Source of the DNA: Chromera velia
Taxonomy: Eukaryota
DNA length: 54,204 bases
Reading direction: 5' to 3'
Assembly: GCA_018398765.1 (NCBI GenBank)
Contig: JAHBMJ010000194.1
Location: 1 to 54,204 of the forward strand
Position 1 is the first letter of the stretch, and each line of letters begins with the position of its first letter. This document shows, piece by piece, positions 49,826 to 54,204 of the stretch. The translations under genes were made by a program, and so were the position numbers. The notes below the pieces were generated by a model that searched no databases, was not told the DNA's origin, and saw only the letters and a list, made by a program, of their open reading frames with translations.

Positions 49826-50623
49826 ATGTGGCCAGACCAAGACCCGTCATCAGGATGGCCGCAGCCTCCTCCCCCTCCTCAGCTGGCCCGCCTTAGAAGC
49901 GATGACAAGGTGGCCGAGCTTTCCGACGAGGGTGTTCTTGTGAGAAGGCCTGTGGCAATGGATAGAGTGAAGGACCTGAGGGCGGTCATTTTCTGCTACA
50001 ATGAGCTGCTGTTCGGGACAACCAAACTCGACAATACGAATATGGGAGAAGACTTCCGAAAGTTCCAAAAAGTAGCAGAGGAATGTGTGAAGAAGCACAC
50101 GAGCCTGGCAAATAAACGTGACCCAACGAGTTCAAGTTCAATCTCGATTGTTTACTTCTTCGTGTCGGCGGAACCTCATGAGAGATGCATCGAGGTGGCA
50201 CGCCAACTCGAGCTCGGCGGTTCGGTCCAGCACAGTGACTGTCTGGACCCAAACATTTCACAACCCGACAGCAAGCACATTCCAGCTGATGAGCTAATCT
50301 CCAAAGGCGTCAGCGTGGTTTCCGACTGCACTCCGCACCAGAAAGCTCAGGTTGTGGAGGGCATTCAGAAAGAGTGCAAAGGGAAAGTGATGTACATCGG
50401 AAAAGACAGCGGCGATGTTTTGGCGTTCCAAGGGAGTGATGTCTCTCTTTGCTACCAATTCCCAGCCCATGACCCTCACGCTCTTTCCGAAGTTGACGGA
50501 ATTCTCGTGAAGCCCGACTGGAGGCCAATCGAAAGGTTCTTTGAGGTGGCGACTTCTGACCCTGTAGGAGAAGAGGAAGAGGGTCCTGGAGAAAAGTGCA
50601 AATGCATATGTGCAGTGATGTAG
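49826..50623 (+). CDS. 265-aa stand-alone, catalytically degenerate P-type ATPase P-domain (HAD fold) with C-terminal CaaX (CKCICAVM)
   Basis: Intronless ORF; GVLVRRPVAMDRVKDLRAVIFCYNELL aligns to GVLVR..A.E.LG....VFDKTGTL; VSAE..RCIEVARQLEL to TGD..TA.AIA..LGI; SDCTPHQKAQVVEGIQ to ARxxPEQK; VMYIGKDSGDVLAFQGSDVSL to VAMxGDGxNDAPAL..ADVGI; EVDGILVKPDWRPI to AADIVL...F..I. Confidence 0.8.
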   Translation: MWPDQDPSSGWPQPPPPPQLARLRSDDKVAELSDEGVLVRRPVAMDRVKDLRAVIFCYNELLFGTTKLDNTNMGEDFRKFQKVAEECVKKHTSLANKRDPTSSSSISIVYFFVSAEPHERCIEVARQLELGGSVQHSDCLDPNISQPDSKHIPADELISKGVSVVSDCTPHQKAQVVEGIQKECKGKVMYIGKDSGDVLAFQGSDVSLCYQFPAHDPHALSEVDGILVKPDWRPIERFFEVATSDPVGEEEEGPGEKCKCICAVM

Positions 50624-50937
50624 GTAAAACAATTGTTGGATTAGAAGGAGCTGTGTCCTTTCGTCCTCTCATCTGTGTTTCAGAATATGTCTTCTTTCAA
50701 CTTTAAACGTATCTTTTGCTTGATGGCAGACCTCAGTCTTGCATCTTTCACACCTTTCTGTCATTTCTGTTTATTCTTCTGCCATCGCAATATTCAATCG
50801 ACGTGCGAGCCTAGACTCACTTCTTTAGCCGATCTGTCTAAGAAAGCTTAAGTCTGTCTCTCAGTCTGCTTGCCTGCCTGGCTGGCTGTTTGTCTAAAAG
50901 AAGGTGAAAAAGAAGAGAGGAAGTGATCTATTGTACC

Positions 50938-50960
50938 TGTCGGTCTGTCTGTCTGTCTGC

Positions 50961-50993
<33 letters not shown>

Positions 50994-51030
50994 AGTCAGT
51001 CAGTCAGTCAGTCAGTCAGTCAGTCAGTCA
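50938..51030. repeat. (GTCT)n(CAGT)n tetranucleotide microsatellite
   Basis: Direct reading. Confidence 0.9.
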
Positions 51031-53398
51031 GAAGAAAGAAAGAAACAGAAGAGAATGAAGCAGGAGAAAAAGGGAAAGAAAAGACGATATGGTCTGTCTG
51101 CCTGTCTGCACCCACACGCATACACGCAACCACACACACACTCACACGCATACGCATTCTTTCCATCGGGTCGGGGGGTCAAGAGATCCAACCAGAAGAG
51201 AGGGATTGTTGCTGCTGTTGATGCCATCGACTGAAAATGGGAACCCCAGAAGAAGAAATGAAGATATGCAGGGAACCCCAGAAGAAGAGAGAATGCTGAA
51301 CACAGACCTTGGAGTGAAGGACCATAAGCGAAAGGAAATGAAGAGAAAGGAGGGCAAGAGCGTAAGCCTGCACTGGGCGAGGAAAGGCAACATAGCACGC
51401 TCAAGGCCTGGGCCTCCGGTACTCTTCCACTGAGAGAGCGCGCCAAGAGAAAAACAAAAAAAAACTGAAGAAAATGAAAGGAAGGTTCTGTCTGTCTGTC
51501 TGCCTGCCTGTCGGTCTGTCTGGTTGCTAAGACCGTTGCTTGCCATTGAAGTTGCCAAAATAAGACAGAAAAAAAACGGGAAAAAAATTGAGAAAGAGAA
51601 AAAAGAAAAACAAAAACAATATAGTCTGTCTGTATAGTCTGTCTGTATAGTCTGTCTGACTTAATTTGTTGAAAAACCAGGTTATGAACAATCATTGTCA
51701 TACATTGTTAAGTATAGTCAATCATTTTTTTATATAGAATAGTATAGCATAGTGTAGAATTGTATCCACGCTAGTGGTCGGACTGTCGTCCACGTCTCTT
51801 AAAGTTGTTTCATTCATCAAGAAAACAGTGAAAACTAGCAAAAACGAGTACTAGAACGAGTAAAAACTGATTATTAAAACTTATAACACAAATAATTAGT
51901 TTAAATTAAGTATAACTTGAATATATACATGTGTGTAACATAAAAAAAAAAAAAAAATCTGTGTTGTAAGTGCCTTCCACTTCGCTTTCCGGGACTATGC
52001 CTTTCACTAAAAACTCGGCCCTGCGAAAGGCTGAATTTATGCTATGCATATGCCAGGTGTTCAAAACCCGGGCTTTTAATTTTTTCTGGGGGGGGGAGGA
52101 TTCCGTGACAAATTTAAAGCTGCATGTTTTTTTCCCACGGGGGGGGAGGTCCACTAGGGTCCACCGGGGTCCGCGGACCATATGTGCTAGGCCAGTATGG
52201 GTTAGCTGGCCGGCGTGTGTTAATCGTGCACTCCTCATTTTTCTTACGTTCCGGTAGCTTTCCGGGGCCGTTTGTAAGCTTGCTTGTGTCAGATGTTGGT
52301 GAAGGGTCACCGACGTGAAGGGCCTAACACGTACGTATGGTCGAAATACCCATGGTGGTGGTAGGAGTCACTGTTGATGCTAAGCCACGACCCCGGTCTA
52401 CAATATAAGTCCTCCAGGGTAGTTTTTTCTTTTAGAAAAAAATAATATATGGTAAACTAACTAAAATTTGCTGTAATTAGTATTAATCAGTATTAATTCA
52501 CAGTTTCTTTATTTTTTTATTTTTCTATCTATGAAAGTCAGTTACAGGTAAAGCCCAGCTCTGTAAGTACATAGTTATTTTAAGAGTCACTCAAATAGAT
52601 TGGTTTAGATCGGTTACTGTAGGGTCCCTAGCTAAGGTCCAAATAAAACGTTTTACTGCTCTTGTAATCTTGCTTACTGCATGCACAGCCGTTTTTGCTT
52701 GCTAACTCTCTTTAATGAGTCCCTTACAATTCTTAACAATTCTTCGTACCACGGCTTGGAACGCTGGAGCCAACATGCCATGCAACGAGATCACAAGCGT
52801 TGCAAATTGCCGCATCGACTCTTTGTACGGCTTCCCACACGCCCTCCTCTTTCCTTATGCCGTATGGGGCGTCCCACATATCGTCCCACACGGTGGTTCC
52901 GGCATGCCCTGGCCATGCACCTCGATCGCTCACGCATGTGCTGGCGCGGGGGCCACGGCTGATTCAATCTGATCGAACGAAAATTGCATCGGGGCTGTGC
53001 GGCCTCCGTCTCCGATCGATGTCTGTTGAATGCGGTTGAGTGAAAACGACTGGTGCACGATGGTGCATCCACATGGCTGCCAGAGCTTGCCATGCAGACA
53101 CAGCTCAGCTCCTTCATCTGCTCTATTTGGACCTTATTTACAGGTGCTCTGTGCTCTCTCGGCAGGAATCTCTCGAGCAGTTCTCCATTCGCCAGGTAAA
53201 TATTTGACATGACATGTGCTGTAGCCGTCTCCTGATCTTCCACCGAGTAAAAATAATCTAATATTCTTTTATGCCTGGTTGCTAAAATCAAAGTAGCTCC
53301 AGCACCAGGACAGGCAACTTCAGAGCCCGTGACGCTTCTTCCTGCTCTTCTGTCCGTCTACCTGCCTGCCAAGAACATATTCCGGCCCATATTGCGAA

Positions 53399-54085
53399 AT
53401 GACGCGGAAGGAACCTCTCTTGCAGGGAGAGAGCTCACACACTGGACACTCCAGTCTTCCAGGGCACTCTGTCTCCCAGGCCCACGGGCTTCTTCACAAA
53501 AGGTCCCCCCTCTGGTGGAGAATTTTGCACTCGCTTGGGTTTACATGCGGAGGAACAACTTTCATTGCTGGGAGTGTCTGCTTCTTTTTTCCGAACTGGG
53601 TGGAGGGCGCATGGTGAGCCTGCACCATTGTTTGTGCTCGTTTGTGTTTCCACTTTCCATCTTCCCCAGGAAGCTCATTGTTATACACTGCTCCTTTCTT
53701 CAGGGGCGCCTGTTGGGCCTGGACATGTTTCTGGCTTTGCATGTGAGTTTAAGGCCCTAGGACCAAGCGTGAGTATGACAGAATGACAGCTGCACAAGAC
53801 AGAGATGTGAGTGGACGGCCAAAGTTATTAACGAAATTTGTAGCCAACACTCCCGATGGTTTGACCTCTTAGAAACATTACATGCATGTTCATGTGGAGG
53901 CAGGACAGGAGGTATTCTCGTGTTTTGTTGTGGCATAAAGATGAGTTTTTTTGCGAATCTGCTTCTGTGTGTAGGTGGAGCGCGTTGCTGTACACAGTGG
54001 GGTCCCTCGGCTTTCTGCTCGTTGATGTAATGGAATTCTTCACTTTTACCGATTGCGTATTTCTTCGGACGAACATCCTCTGCAG
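53399..54085 (+). CDS. 5' part of a multipass membrane protein, YrhK-like; exons 53399-53613 and 53975-54085, continuing beyond the window
   Basis: Spliced TG|G junction gives WWRILHSLGFTCGGTTFIAGSVCFFFPNWVEGAWWSALLYTVGSLGFLLVDVMEFFTF..LRTNILC; paired helices with G..F.AGS..F and LY..GS.GF patterns; gtgagc and gtcagt donors. Confidence 0.65.
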
Positions 54086-54137
54086 GTCAGTGTGTGTTTC
54101 TTTCCAGGCGCTGCTGAGGACGCTCCTGTGTGTGTGT

Positions 54138-54186
<49 letters not shown>

Positions 54187-54204
54187 AGAGGGGGAGGGGG
54201 AGGG

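Noticed and set aside
52791..53291. 166-aa minus-strand ORF
   Set aside because: Non-ATG start, no motifs, and it overlaps the likely promoter/5' UTR of the better-supported + strand membrane-protein gene

Overview
Eukaryotic, intron-rich genomic DNA with GT-AG introns (relaxed GTNNGT donors, mostly TGCAG acceptors), dense (GT)n/(GA)n microsatellites and abundant TGCATGCA words. This is most consistent with an alveolate of the chromerid/apicomplexan lineage such as Chromera (inference). About 38 kb is one giant + strand gene (~1307-38970, ~53 exons, ~5,500 aa by hand splicing). Its architecture is: signal peptide, 11 tandem [cbEGF + ~200-aa discoidin/F-type-lectin-like] units, 8 cbEGF, a PPC-like domain, EGF, 3 Sushi, 2 HYR, Cys-rich repeats, a ~9-TM CRMP-type membrane domain and a long cytoplasmic tail. 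The window also holds the first exon of a divergent MGC-acylated protein, a 282-bp MITE, TCAB1/WRAP53 (- strand, 9 exons), a ~700-bp higher-order tandem repeat, a single-exon gene for a catalytically dead stand-alone P-type ATPase P-domain ending in a CaaX box, and the 5' part of a YrhK-like membrane protein gene. Most ORFs in the supplied track are microsatellite or antisense artefacts. All exon structures were derived by eye and lack transcript support.
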